A stretch of DNA of 64,000 nt from Octopus sinensis (lineage: Eukaryota). A program made the translations under genes and the position numbers. Of this stretch, positions 51,453 to 64,000 are shown one piece after another (within the stretch, counting starts at the first letter, position 1; each line of letters begins with the position of its first letter). Under the pieces are notes generated by a model, which saw only the letters and a program-made list of their open reading frames with translations, did not search any database and was not told the DNA's origin. Where the stretch lies: the NCBI RefSeq assembly GCF_006345805.1, contig NC_042998.1:84010001-84074000 (forward strand). Reading direction: 5' to 3'.

Positions 51453-51749
51453 TCAAAATGTAAACAATAATAAACCATAAAATTAATTATTTTTCAAAAT
51501 GAAGCTAAACTAACAGTAAGATGGAAAATAATGTTTTATTTTGACACCGTAAACACTTCGAAATTATATTTCCGATCATATAAACCACTTCGAATATTAT
51601 TTTAGCAAATTTAAAGTGATTTCTTTAGTGTAAACCACTTACTAAGCACGTGCTTATTTTGTTCAATGGTTAATCCAGCGCGACATGGGACTTGTGAGAA
51701 CGTCACAATTTTAAAGATTTTTCCCTGTCGCAACCCAAAGGAAATATCT

Positions 51750-52570
51750 CAGCCTCCGGGTTGGCAGAATCGTCCCAGCATTTGTTCTGAAGCTTTGTGT
51801 TCGGGGTGTAAATCTCACCGAGGTTACCTTTACCTTTCGTTCCTTCTGGGTCGAGCATATAAGCTAACTAGCAAGTATTGGGGTCCACATAATCGACTTA
51901 ACTCCTTCCTTCAAAATAGCTGGTTTTGTGCTTATATCCGAAACCATTATTATTAAAGCAGACAGGATCGTTAGAGCGTCGAACAAAATGCTTAGCCGTA
52001 TTTCTTCCGGCTCTTTGTGTTCTAATTTCAAATACCCCCGAGGTCGACTTTGCCTATCATCTCTTCGAGGCCGATAAAATAGAGTACGGGAGACGATTTA
52101 ATCGACTTGTCACATCCCTCAAAACTACTGGACAAAATAAAATACCTGTCAAGCACAGAGATCGATGTAATCAACTATCCGCTCCCCTTACAATTCCAGG
52201 CCTTCTGCTGATAATAGAAAGGGCGAGCTAGCAGAATTGTTAGCATGCCGGACGAAATGCTTAGCGGTATTTCGTTTGTCATTACGTTCTGAGTTCAAAT
52301 TCCGCCGAAATCGATTTTACCTTTCATCCTTTCAGAGTCGATAAATTAAGTAGTAGTGAAACACTGGGGGTCCATGTAAGGGATTAGTCTCCTCCTCCAA
52401 AATTTTAGGCCTTGCGCCTTTAGTAGACAGGAATATTATCATTATTTCGACATGGTCTTTCATCTTCTGAGAGCGATAAAAGAAAAAATGTACCAGTCAA
52501 GTACTGTGGTCGATGTAATTGAATAACCCCCTCCTTTTTAAATTACTGACCTTGTGTCAAAATTATTAGT
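51750..52570 (+). mobile_element. Head-to-tail array of about four SINE family A copies
   Basis: Repeated head and central domain, each copy following the previous ATT-rich tail. Similar arrays at 55960-56690 and 58860-59320. Confidence 0.75.
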
Positions 52571-52587
52571 TATTATTAATATTATTA

Positions 52588-52643
<56 letters not shown>

Positions 52644-52897
52644 TATAACGTAATAATGTTTAATAACATTTAATACAGAAAACTGGGTGGAGTATGGTGA
52701 ATGGCAGTGGCAGCAGCAGCAGCAGCAGTAGCAGTGATAGTATTAGTAGGCAAAGGGGGAGGTGTCAGTGGCCGATGACCTTTGCGATTCTCAGGTGTCT
52801 GTTGGGCTGATTAAGAAATGTAGCTGCAGCAGCAGTAGCAGCAGCAGCAATAACAGTGGTAGCAGTTGCGGCTGCAATGGCAAGAGAGGTGGTGTGT

Positions 52898-52942
<45 letters not shown>

Positions 52943-53302
52943 GTGATGTTGTTGTTGTTGTTGTTGGTGGTGGTGGTGTGGTGGTGGTGGTGGTGGTGGT
53001 GGTGGTGGTGGTGGTGGTTGTAGCGGTGGAGAGAGAGCTCGTATCGTTAACACCATTTAACACTCCATCCCTCCGAGACTTGAAGGATCGATCGAATGAT
53101 CGATTGATACAATTAGCTGTACAAGGTACCAGTCATATATTCACATCGGGTCAAACCACTTCCTCCAATTCCCTTCACCCCTCCCACACCCTATGTGGCA
53201 TGGTACTAATCTAAGAGACTGATATTCATAGATGTGTATGTGAGGGTGTTATAGTTTTACATATATATATATTAATGTATGTATATTAATATATGTAAAT
53301 AC

Positions 53303-53344
<42 letters not shown>

Positions 53345-53349
<5 letters not shown>

Positions 53350-53521
53350 TATACATCATATATATCAATACAAATATAAACAATTGCAGCGTGGAAGGTG
53401 TTTATAAGCCATTTAAAAACATACAAAAACCGTTAGATTCACTTCAACATTTAAGTTTAATTTTCCAAAATATTAATATATATTATATCTATATTAATAT
53501 TGATATATATAATGTATATTA

Positions 53522-53553
<32 letters not shown>

Positions 53554-53623
53554 ATATATATATATATTTATATCTATATTAATATTGATATATATAATGT
53601 ATATTAATATATATTATATATAT

Positions 53624-53660
<37 letters not shown>

Positions 53661-53830
53661 CTATATATATATATATATATATTAATATACATCATATATA
53701 TCAATACAAATATAAACAATTGCAGCGTGGAAGTGTTTATAAGCCATTTAAAAAACATACAAAAACCGTTAGATTCACTTCAACATTTAAGTTTAATTTT
53801 CCAAAATATTAATATATATTTATATCTATA
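53345..53830 (+). repeat. Tandem duplication (~335-bp period) of a short repeat plus TA-rich flank
   Basis: caatacaaatataaacaattgcagcgtggaag...ttttccaaaatatt occurs twice, almost identical. Confidence 0.85.
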
Positions 53831-53994
53831 TTAATATTGATATATATAATGTATATTAATATATATATATACTTATATTAATATATATTTATATCTATAT
53901 TAATATTGATATATATAATGTATATTAATATATATATATACTTTTATATATATATATATATATGTACATACATACATACATACATACATATTCT

Positions 53995-54460
53995 TGTATT
54001 CTTTTGCTAATTTCAGTCATATGACGGTGGCCATGCTAGAGCACCGCCTTTTAGTCGAAGAAATTGCTCCCTGGAATTATTCTTTGTAAGTTTGGTGCAT
54101 ATTCTGTTGCTCTCTTCAGCCGAACCGCTACGTGACGGGGATGTAAACACACCAACATTGATTGTCTAGCGATGGTGGGGTAGCGGACAAGCGCAGACAC
54201 AAACACACACACACACATATATATATATTATACATATATATATAACATATAATATATATATATATATATATATAGATATATATATATATATATTCGACGG
54301 GCTTCTTTCAATTTCAATCTACCAAATCCACTCACAAGGCTTTGGTCGGCCCGAGGCTACAGTAGAAGACACATGCCCAAGGTATCACGCAGTGGGACTG
54401 AACCCGGAACCATGTGGTTGGGAAACAAGCGTCTTACTACACAGTCATGCCTGCGCCTTC
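53995..54460 (-). mobile_element. SINE family B, full length
   Basis: Reverse complement with central (TA)n. Confidence 0.85.
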
Positions 54461-54549
54461 TTACCACACAGTCATATAAATACACCACTTGTATGTGTGT
54501 GTGATATATATTGATATATATATTCATATATATTCATACACACACACAC

Positions 54550-54603
<54 letters not shown>

Positions 54604-54702
54604 TAGTATGTTTGCGATATTGGTATCAATTGCCGTGATCAATTTTATAATTGGGGTGGTTGTGAATGTATATGTATATGTATCTGTGTGTGCATGCGTG
54701 TA

Positions 54703-54735
<33 letters not shown>

Positions 54736-54926
54736 ATGCGTGTGTGTGCATGTGTATGTATGTACGTACGTCAGTATTTGCAGTTCAGTTTCTGGTCACT
54801 CCCGACTGAGCAGGACTTATGATGGAAAGTGTTCCAACCGTGACCACTCCTTATTTTTGCGTATCTCAGACGACTTTCACCACAACGCGTTTACCTTTTC
54901 TTTCTTTCTGATTCTTTGTTTTTGTC

Positions 54927-54989
<63 letters not shown>

Positions 54990-55042
54990 TTTTTTTTTTT
55001 TTTCTTGAATTTTTCTTGAATTTTTTTTTGCTATCCTTATAT

Positions 55043-55095
<53 letters not shown>

Positions 55096-55582
55096 TGAGA
55101 GAACGAAAGTGAGAAAGATATATAGTAGAATGTGAGGCTTGAAAGGAAATTTCATTGCTGCTTCTAGCACGTCTGTCGACTACATAGATATAGAATAGAT
55201 GGAGGCTCTCTGGTTGGTTCGTCGATCTGTCTGTCATCGGTTAATTTGTCTATGACGTTAACGGCATTTAGTTACAAGGGAATCGAGTCTTCGGATCGTA
55301 GCAATTTTTACTAAAATCCAACCAACCTACACACCAACCAACCAGCCTACCAACCAACCAACCAACCAAACAACCTACCAACCCATCAACCAGCCAGCCA
55401 GTCATCCACCAAGCCTGCCAACCAGCCAGTTTGACGAACCAATCAATGCTTTTCACCTGTTGATTTGCCTGAATGTTCTTCTGTCTCTGCTGCTTCTTTC
55501 ATTTACTTTCACCACACTCTTAAAATCAATTCCCAGAAAACTTTTACGTTGATGTAATTAGCGCTGTTATTATTACTATTAT

Positions 55583-55634
<52 letters not shown>

Positions 55635-55641
55635 CATTATT

Positions 55642-55672
<31 letters not shown>

Positions 55673-57284
55673 CTGCTGTTTTATTTTCTTTTGACGTTTG
55701 TTGATTACTGTGTTTTTTCTTTTATTTTTGCATGCTTTTTTCTTCTTCCTTTTATTCTACTTCGTTTTCTTTTCATTCTCTTCTTCTTTCCATTCTCTTT
55801 CTTCTTCTCCTTCTTCTTCTACTTCTTCTCCTTCTGCTTCTACTTCTTCTTCTTCCCATTCCCCTTCCCCCCCTTTTCAGTTCCTCCTCCTTTTGTTTCG
55901 TTATCAAATAATAAATATTATTATGTAGTCTCATATGAATTGTTTTACGTTATTATCACAGGACCAAAGATAGAATCGTTTCCGCACCGGACAAAATGCT
56001 TAACGGCATTTCGTCCGTTTTTACGTTCCGAGTTCAAATTCTACCGAGGTTGACTTTGCCTCTCATCCTTTCGGGGTCAATGAAATAACTACCGGTCGAG
56101 CACTAAGAACGATGTAATCGACTAGCCCCCCCCCCCCAACACTCCACCACCACCACCGCTCCAAAATTTCAGACCGTGCGCCTAAACTAAAAAGGATTAT
56201 TATCACAGGACCACAAACCCTGTAACGTAGCATTATTTGTCGATGTAAGGCGTCGAGCTGGCAGAATCTTTACCGTGCCGGACAAAATGCACTGCGACAT
56301 TTATTCCGTTTTTACATTCTGAATTCAAATTACGCTGAGGCCGACTTTGTCTTTCATCCCTTTCGGGGTCGATAAAATAAGTAACAGTTGAACAGTGGGG
56401 ATGATGTACTCGATTAGCCCCCTCTCCAAAGTCTCGGGTCTTGTTCCTATAGTAGAAAGAAGTATTAGTCGACTGTAACACGATGAATTGCTACAATCAT
56501 TAGAGCATTTGGAAGAGCATTAGAGCATTTGCGACGTTTGTTCTGGTTCTTTATATTTTGGGTTCAAATCACGCCGAGCTCAGCTCCACATTTCATCGTT
56601 GGGAGTCGATAACAAGTACCTGTCAAATATTAAGTCGATAGCATCGACTAATCCCATGCCAATCAAAATTGTTGGCCTCATACTTTAATTAAAAGCGAAT
56701 GTTAGTCGATTGCAAGGGACCTTTCGAGCAGCTCCTCGGGATATTAGTGAGTGTGTACGGATTGTACGGGCTGCACAGGCAGGGCGACCACTTTTTATAT
56801 GTGTGTTTGCTGTAGTTGAAAATACGTTACATTGAACCACACACTACGCCATTGCAAGATATGTAATCGATGTTATTTCATTTCCATATCATCATTAAAT
56901 CCAATTTTCAGCTGATAGGATCGCAGCTCAAAATGCAAAACTGTCAAGATTAAGTACTCTATAGCAGAGTTGAGGAACCCCCTCTCTGCATTCAAATTTG
57001 ACAAAGTCATTAAAAACCCACATGAAAAATTCAAAAGTTTAAAGCTATATATCAAAACTATAACTTAGTATGTAATATACGTATGGAGTTGTAAAATTAA
57101 AGATACATTATTTTTTGCATCATTAATCTAGACAGGTTCTGACGTACTTCAAATTTGCTCCTGGTACTAAAAAAGGTTTTCTAGTTCCATTGTGAAACAG
57201 TGTTCCGTGCGCTACCGTTCTGACAACGCCGCTTCTATGTTTTGATGATAAATGGAAAAAAGAAAAACTTCAAAATACTTATAC

Positions 57285-57640
57285 TATGGCACTCCGTCAC
57301 TTACGACGACGAGGGTTCCTGTTGATCCAATCAACGGAACAGCCTGCTCGTGAAATTAACGTGCAAGTGGCTGAGCACTCCACAGGCACGTGTACCCTTA
57401 ACGTAGATTCAGTGTGACACAGAAGTGTGACAAAGCTGGCCCTTTGAAATACAGGTACAACAGAAACAGGAAGAAAAGTTGTGGCGGAAGAGTACAGCAG
57501 GGTTCACCACCAACCCCTGCAGGAGCCTCGTGAAGCTGTAAGTATTTTCGCTCAATAAACGCTCCCGTCTGGGAATCGAAACCGCGTTCCTATGACCACG
57601 TGTACGCTGCCCTAACCACTGGGCCATTGCGTCTCCACTG
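57285..57640 (-). mobile_element. tRNA-derived SINE, family D (~350 bp)
   Basis: Minus-strand head GGAGACGCAATGGCCCAGTGGTTAGG..GGTTTCGATTCC; the body matches a fragment at ~12245-12310. Confidence 0.7.
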
Positions 57641-57799
57641 TACTATATACACTAATAATATATTGTAATCAAAGTAAATCTTTCTTGTGGATCATCAAAA
57701 TAACCTCATCTTATAGAACATTGGTTCCCAACCTTTTCACTATGGTTTCCATCCCTTTTATTTAAATGAACTCTTTTTAATATGCTTATCCTTATTAAG

Positions 57800-58612
57800 A
57801 GCGGAAAAGGGATGCAGAGGCTTATGGTCGCTACAGAGAAGTGAAGAGGGGAGTAAAAAGAGAGTGGTGAAGATGGCGAAATGGGAAACGAATGAAAGGT
57901 TCGGGAAAAAGTTGAGTGAACATTTTGTAAGAAATAAAAAGATGTTTTGGAAAAAGGTACAGAGGGTAAGAAAGGTGGTTGGAGGAAGGGAAGAAAGGGT
58001 GAAGGAGGTAAATGGAAATTTGCTAAAAAGAAGTGAGAATGTACAAAGGAGATGGGCAAAGTATTTTAGTGAGCTGTTAAATGTGGAAGATGATACGGAG
58101 GCAAGTACAGTGGCTGTAGGAGGAGAGAGGAGAATGCCTGTTGTTGGGGAATGGAGCTGCGGTGCAATTGAAAGGGAGGAGATGAGAGAGTCCTTGCGGA
58201 AGATGGCAAACCTGAAGACGCCAGGTATAGATGGATGTACAGGGGAATACCTAAAGAAAAGAGGAGTAACATTGACTGAATGGTTAGTGAGGTTTATGAA
58301 TGTTTGTTATATGGCTGGAAGTGTACCAAAGGACTGGTGTAGTGCCTACATAGTGCCACTGTACAAGGAGAAAGGGGATAAATGTGAATGTGGAAATTTT
58401 AGGGGTATAATCTGTTTTGTGTGGTTAGTAAACTGTATGGGAGAATTCTGACTGTAAGGGTGAGGAACCAGACAGAGAGTGTACTAGGGGAGAAGCAGTG
58501 CGGTTTTAGGAGAGGAAGGGGGTGCGCAGATCAAATATTTGTAGTAAGGCAGATGTGTGAGAAGTTTTTGGCAAAAGGGAGGGAAGTGTATCGGGCTTTC
58601 ATAGAGAAGTGT
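57800..58612 (+). mobile_element. RTE-clade LINE internal fragment (linker + RT domains 0-3)
   Basis: NKKMFWK.V, RRW..YF.ELLN, K.PGIDG, VPKDW..IVPLYK.KGD..EC.NFRGI, QCGFR.GRGC.DQIF. Confidence 0.88.
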
Positions 58613-59886
58613 GGCAATCGAGCTAACCAATTATATTTCTCTTCTTCTCTCCTATACACGCACACACACACACACATACACACACTCACACACACACACA
58701 CACACACACATCACACACACGCAGTGGGTGGATTTGTGTGAATGGTAGAAACCATAATTTCATATTTATTGAATTTTATGATTTATAAAGTTTGTGCATA
58801 GAATAACAATAGGTTTGATAAACTAAGCAGGGTGGTAATCTCGTATCCGAAATCCCTTTACCAGTTTTACAAGTTCTGAGTTCAAATTCCATCGAGGTCG
58901 ACTTTACCTTTCATCCTCACAGAATCAATTAAATAAGTACCAATCAACTACTTGGGTCCATATAATCGACTTTGCCCTTCCTTCAAAAACTACCGGCCTT
59001 GTACCAAAATAAGAAAAAATACTCAGACAGTGAGCTGGCAGAATCGTTTAGCGCGCCGAACAAATTGCTTAGCGGCGAAATTTGAAATCATTATTATTGA
59101 TGGAAGAAGGCGGCGAGCTGGCAGAATCGTTAGCACGCTGAGGAAAATGCTTAGCGTCCATCTTTACGTTCTGAGTTCGAATTCCACCGAGGTCGACTTT
59201 GCCTTTCATCCTTTCAGGGTCGATGAAATAAGTGCCAGTAAAACACTGGGGTCGAAATAATCGACTAGTCCCCTCCCCCAGAATTTCAGGCCTTGTGCCT
59301 ATAGAAGAAAGGATTATTATTGAGAGTAGAGATGGAAGTGCTGCTCTTCACCCGTGAATTTGTTTGAAAGGTGGATAACGGAGGCAAAAAAGTGGATGAC
59401 TGCAATGGTCGATAAAATACCAATGAAACTCTGGAGTCGGTGTAATTGGCTTACTCTATCCTGTAGTTCTACTTACCTTGTAACAAATTTTGAGATATTA
59501 TCATTATTATTATCTGCTTCCCCCTTTACACTTTACATCATGACATTTCTGTGATACACGATCCCTATTGATCGTTTTTTTCTCTTTCCTTTTTACGATC
59601 CCTTTTCATCGAAAACATACCCCACTTTTTTTTTCTCCCCAAAAAGAAAAGCTCTACTTTGTAATTTGTCCCGTCTGTGTTCAGCCCTGTGTGGCTAAAA
59701 GAGAAGCATATAATCGATTATTTTTCATTGGTTACACGACTTTCATGTAACCACACATTCTATTTATCCTGTGCAGTCTACAATGATTTTTTTAAAATGT
59801 AAAACCTTTGTAGTTGATAATGAAATAATAATAATGATTATTATCGTTATTATTATTATTAATATTATTATTATTATTATTATTAT

Positions 59887-59930
<44 letters not shown>

Positions 59931-60250
59931 TTTAACTTTTGTATTGAATCGGAGTATTTTTGTTATCTCACTGTAATCTTCTCATATGCGTATTAAATTC
60001 AATTGTCTTTCTACAAGAGTTCGCTTTTCTTTACATATTGCTAAGCATTGCAAATCTTTCTCTGCGCGTGCGCACCCGCGCGTGTGTTTACTTGTGTGCG
60101 TATGTGTGTGTGCGCGCGCGCGTTTGAGTCTGTGTTTTGGGTCTTAACTTGGTAAATAAACTGTTAGAAATATATTAAAACGTGGAGAAGCAATATCTGT
60201 GCATTTACATGTGCTGGGTACATGTGAGAGTATGTATGAATGTACATACA

Positions 60251-60324
<74 letters not shown>

Positions 60325-60363
60325 AGCGAAATATATATATGTTTGTTTATTTATATATGTATG

Positions 60364-60395
<32 letters not shown>

Positions 60396-60633
60396 CATAT
60401 GTTTACTTATATATGTATATATATATACATATATGTTTATTTATATATGTATGCATATATATATACATATATATATATACATATATATATATATACATAT
60501 ACAAATATATATATACGTATATATATATATGTATATATATATATATACATGTATATATATCTTATTACATATATATATACATACAAATATACTTGCATAT
60601 ATAAATATACATTTATATATGTTTATATATATA

Positions 60634-60691
<58 letters not shown>

Positions 60692-61109
60692 TACATATAT
60701 ACATATATATGATCAATGTAAGGTATATTAAATAATACCATAGGATTCCTGATTTATTTAAAATTACTTCACTTCGAGAGAATGTAAACATCGCGGGACA
60801 ATTGCAACCAACTCCAAATAAGAAGAGGTGGTAATCTGAAGAAATCAACAATTCTCCAGAATTATTACACTATTTAAAAAACTAACAGTCTGGTTGTTTC
60901 TTTTCTTTATTTATTTATTTTCTTTTTTTTTTTTTGCTTTCTTAGTGATGAGGACAGTTGTGAACACGTTACTGGTTCGTTGCGTATCATCAGTACTGCG
61001 TTGCGTATCATCAGTACATAGTTGAAATTTATAGAAAAACAAATGATGAAGACAGGTGTATGAACAACCAAGTTTTATCAATTTCATGCTCGGGAAAAAT
61101 GGAAAAGTT

Positions 61110-61143
61110 TTTTACGTTTCGAGCCTACGCTCTTCAGCAGAAA
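61110..61143 (-). ncRNA. Minimal hammerhead-like motif (A6C variant) in a pLTR-like repeat (~61020-61200)
   Basis: ttt-CTGCTGA-A-GAGC(GTAG)GCTC-GAAAC-GT-A-aaa; homologous to 6916-6953. Confidence 0.55.
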
Positions 61144-61751
61144 GGAATGAGAAAATAAACAGAGAGGCAATGAAAAAAAACCTTTTAGAGTACAGCGGTC
61201 CCACATGGTGAATGATTGGGAAAACGTTGACAGAAAAGGAGATAACAAAGTGCAAGTGATCTCAACAAGAGAAGGTGCGCGTGCGTCTGTGTATGTGAGA
61301 ATGCTGTGTGTGAGTGTATATGTGTGAATAGTGGTTAGTGACTCTGACGTGTATGAATGTGTGCGTGTATAACATGTGTGTGTGTGTGTGTGTGTTGTGT
61401 GTAGCAGTTGATGTGTGCTTTTGCACGTGATATGTGCTCGTGTGACCAAATAGTATGCATGTTTATGGTGTACATATGTAGGCAAAAGTTATATTTGTCT
61501 ATGTGTGTTGCGAGTGTTAATGCATGTTGTGTGTGTATGCATATGTAGCCTGTGTTCAGGTATTATGTGCTAGTGTGGGTGTGGAAGTATATTTAGTCTG
61601 TGTTCATGTGTTTTGGGTTTGTATGGATGTGGGAATGTGCATGATGGTATGTGGTATGTGTACTGAGTTAAACAGTGTGTGGGGTACTCATATAGTGGTA
61701 TGCTATATATATATATATATACATGCATACATACATACATACATCTATACA

Positions 61752-62480
61752 TACATACAAAATTAAGAGTAATGACCACTAAAGTGGACTCCTAATATGC
61801 TAAATATAGACGTCAAATCGCCATTACCACGAAGAGTGTGTTCTCAAGAAAAATTTTTGCAAAAAGACAAAATGTAAAAAATGAGCAAGACAAATGAAAA
61901 TATACGAAATAAAAATCGATTACCTATGTACCATTGTTTCACTTGTTAATATTTACGTATGTAAATATCTGCAAAATCATCAGCGTAGTTTGTCGCTTAC
62001 AAAACACAATTTCCAGAACTAGACACAGAACGCTCACCCGAAAGAGAGCACGTATAAAGTTCTGCAAATTATATTTGGAAATATTTTTCAAATGTCTTCA
62101 TTTTGGCGCGCTGAGGCCGGAAATAACTCTGCAGTTAATAAATCTCAGCAGCAAATTTACCGGTTAGAGAACATTGTTATTTAAAATAAAATAATGAGGT
62201 AGAAATTGATATTAATCAATTAAAACCAATGGCTTAGCATATTTAAAAACTCCGAAGATTAAAAATTATATTACATACAAAATTAAGAGGAATGACCACT
62301 AAAGTGGGCTCCTAATATGCTAAATATAGACGTCAAATCGCCATTGCCACAAAGAGTGTGTTCTCAAGAAAAATTTCAGCAAAACGCCAAAAATGTAAAA
62401 AATGAACAAGACAGATGAAAATATATGTATATTTTCATTTGTCTTGCTCATTTTTTACATTTTGGCGTTTTGCTGAAATT
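61752..62480 (-). mobile_element. Retrozyme/pLTR-like element: 520-bp unit in ~1.3 tandem copies with a terminal fold-back
   Basis: Direct repeats 61752-61904 / 62272-62424; palindrome 62372-62480; internal hammerhead at 61924-61988. Confidence 0.7.
61924..61988 (-). ncRNA. Type-I hammerhead motif
   Basis: ctacg-CTGATGA-T-TTTG..ATATTTAC(ATAC)GTAAATAT..CAAG-T-GAAA-C(AATG)GT-A-catag. Stem I pairs at 4 of 5 positions. Confidence 0.7.
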
Positions 62481-63175
62481 TTCAGTCCCAATTCGCAATA
62501 CCTCGGGCAAGTTTCTTCGGCTATAACCCCGAGTCGACCAAAAATCTTGTGGGTGAATTTCGTAGAAGGAAACTGTGTGGAAGCCCGTTGAATATGTGTG
62601 TGTATGTTGTGTGGTGGGGTGTTTAAGTCTGTGTTTTCCTACACCTCCATTTGCCAAAAGAGCGACCGGAGTATTAGACTAAGAAATAAGCAGTGGAGTC
62701 GCATTGTTCGACTAAAGCCTTTCAGGAGGGTGTCCCAGGATGGCTGCTGTCCAATGGCTGAATCGTAAAAGATAAAGTACGTAAAAGAACAAAGTTATTG
62801 CAGATGTCAGTGGTTACAGAAATAGTTATCTTTATAAATTAGTTAATACTTTTATTCTGAAAAACGATTGTAATACAGCACATGTTATACTTAGCCGTTT
62901 GTCGCACTAACTGGAATGTTGTCTTGCTTCTACAAGGGCAATGAGTCGGAGCCGAATTTATAGGGGTGGAGCAAAAGGGACAATTGCCCAGGGCCTCTTT
63001 GTTAGAAGCGAACGTTGGCTCTCTTATTTCATGCAAATATAATGAATATGAGACAAGTTTATTTAGAATTTGAACTAAGTTTGATTAATTTTCTAGCATT
63101 TAAGTTTTCTTGATGTAGTACGTTTTTGCCAAAACTTTCTAATGCGTTTGCTAAAAGTCCTGTTGTAGCACATCC

Positions 63176-63350
63176 ATATATTACATTTAACATTCATATA
63201 TTATATTTAACATTCATGAGTTGATGTATATTTAACATTCATATATTACATTTAACATTCATATATTATATTTAACATTCATGAGTTGATGTATATTTAA
63301 CATTCATATATTACATTTAACATTCATATATTATATTTAACATTCATGAA
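63176..63350 (+). repeat. Higher-order minisatellite: 20+20+25-bp subunits forming a 65-bp unit, about 2.7 copies
   Basis: atatattacatttaacattc / atatattatatttaacattc / atgagttgatgtatatttaacattc. Confidence 0.9.
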
Positions 63351-64000
63351 TCTATGTATATTTCTATAAAGCACTTATGTATAACTGTGGAGGTGTATGG
63401 CTTAGTGGTTAGGGTTTTTCGATTACTGAACCGGGTGATGCGTTGTGTTCTTGAGCAAAACACTTAATTTCACGTCAGTCCAGTCCACTCGGCTGGTAAA
63501 AATGATTAATCCTGTTATGGCGGCTGTCGGTTTATTCTACCTTAAGCTTTCTCTTAAGTTATATTATTTATTTAGGCTTTCCTCTGAGTAAGGGAAACAT
63601 AATGATTTATCGTCACTTATACTAAAGTGTTATCATTGTATCTTTAACCCTAACTGCAGTTGTAACGTCATATAGACATATACGCATGGAACGCTAACTC
63701 AACGACCATGTATGTTGAATATTTTAATCGTGTCCTTTAAACCGCTATAAGAAACATAAAACAAAGATTACAGAAATGCATATTTATCTATGCTCAGTTG
63801 AAAAACAAACGTGAAGAGAAACATTTTCTTTTTAATTATTTTATTTATATAAATATAACATTTTATATTTATTTACAAGAAGAAAGATAACTTAGTCGTG
63901 AAGAAAAACGACTTTATATTCCTTAGCTAATTTCTTTTTCTATCTAATACGTTAACCAACAAATCAAAATAGATTTGTGATTAACGTAGACATGGCATAA

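Noticed and set aside
60182-60851. YI/CV/HT-repeat ORFs (also 1320-1574, 26366-26680, 38697-39203 and many more)
   Set aside because: Stop-free dinucleotide repeats.

Overview
Repeat-dominated eukaryotic genomic DNA, AT-rich with very dense microsatellites and one 100-N gap. The SINE families match from memory those of Octopus (coleoid cephalopod); this is inference, not a database result. No long intact host CDS is visible, and most entries in the ORF track are microsatellite or low-complexity artefacts. Recognisable elements: a cluster of five R4/Dong-type non-LTR fragments in (AAT)n tracts (7.5-11.4 kb); a 5'-truncated CR1-type LINE (13.5-16.6 kb, minus); an apparently full-length Tx1/L1-clade LINE with a 10-bp TSD (27.2-32.0 kb); a Penelope-like element with inverted pseudo-LTRs (40.0-43.6 kb); RTE and jockey/CR1 fragments; two maT/DD37D-type mariners; a non-autonomous Helitron; MITE-like elements; and dozens of tRNA-derived SINEs. 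The main hidden signal is a set of at least six minimal type-I hammerhead ribozyme (HHR) motifs, most with palindromic stem-III loops. They sit in Penelope pseudo-LTRs, in partial-tandem retrozyme-like units and in fold-back hairpin elements. The Tx1 LINE is inserted 5 nt upstream of one HHR, inside a reconstructable ~357-bp tandem unit. There is also a candidate compact 5-exon gene on the minus strand at 17.4-18.3 kb. All alignments and RNA folds were done by eye.
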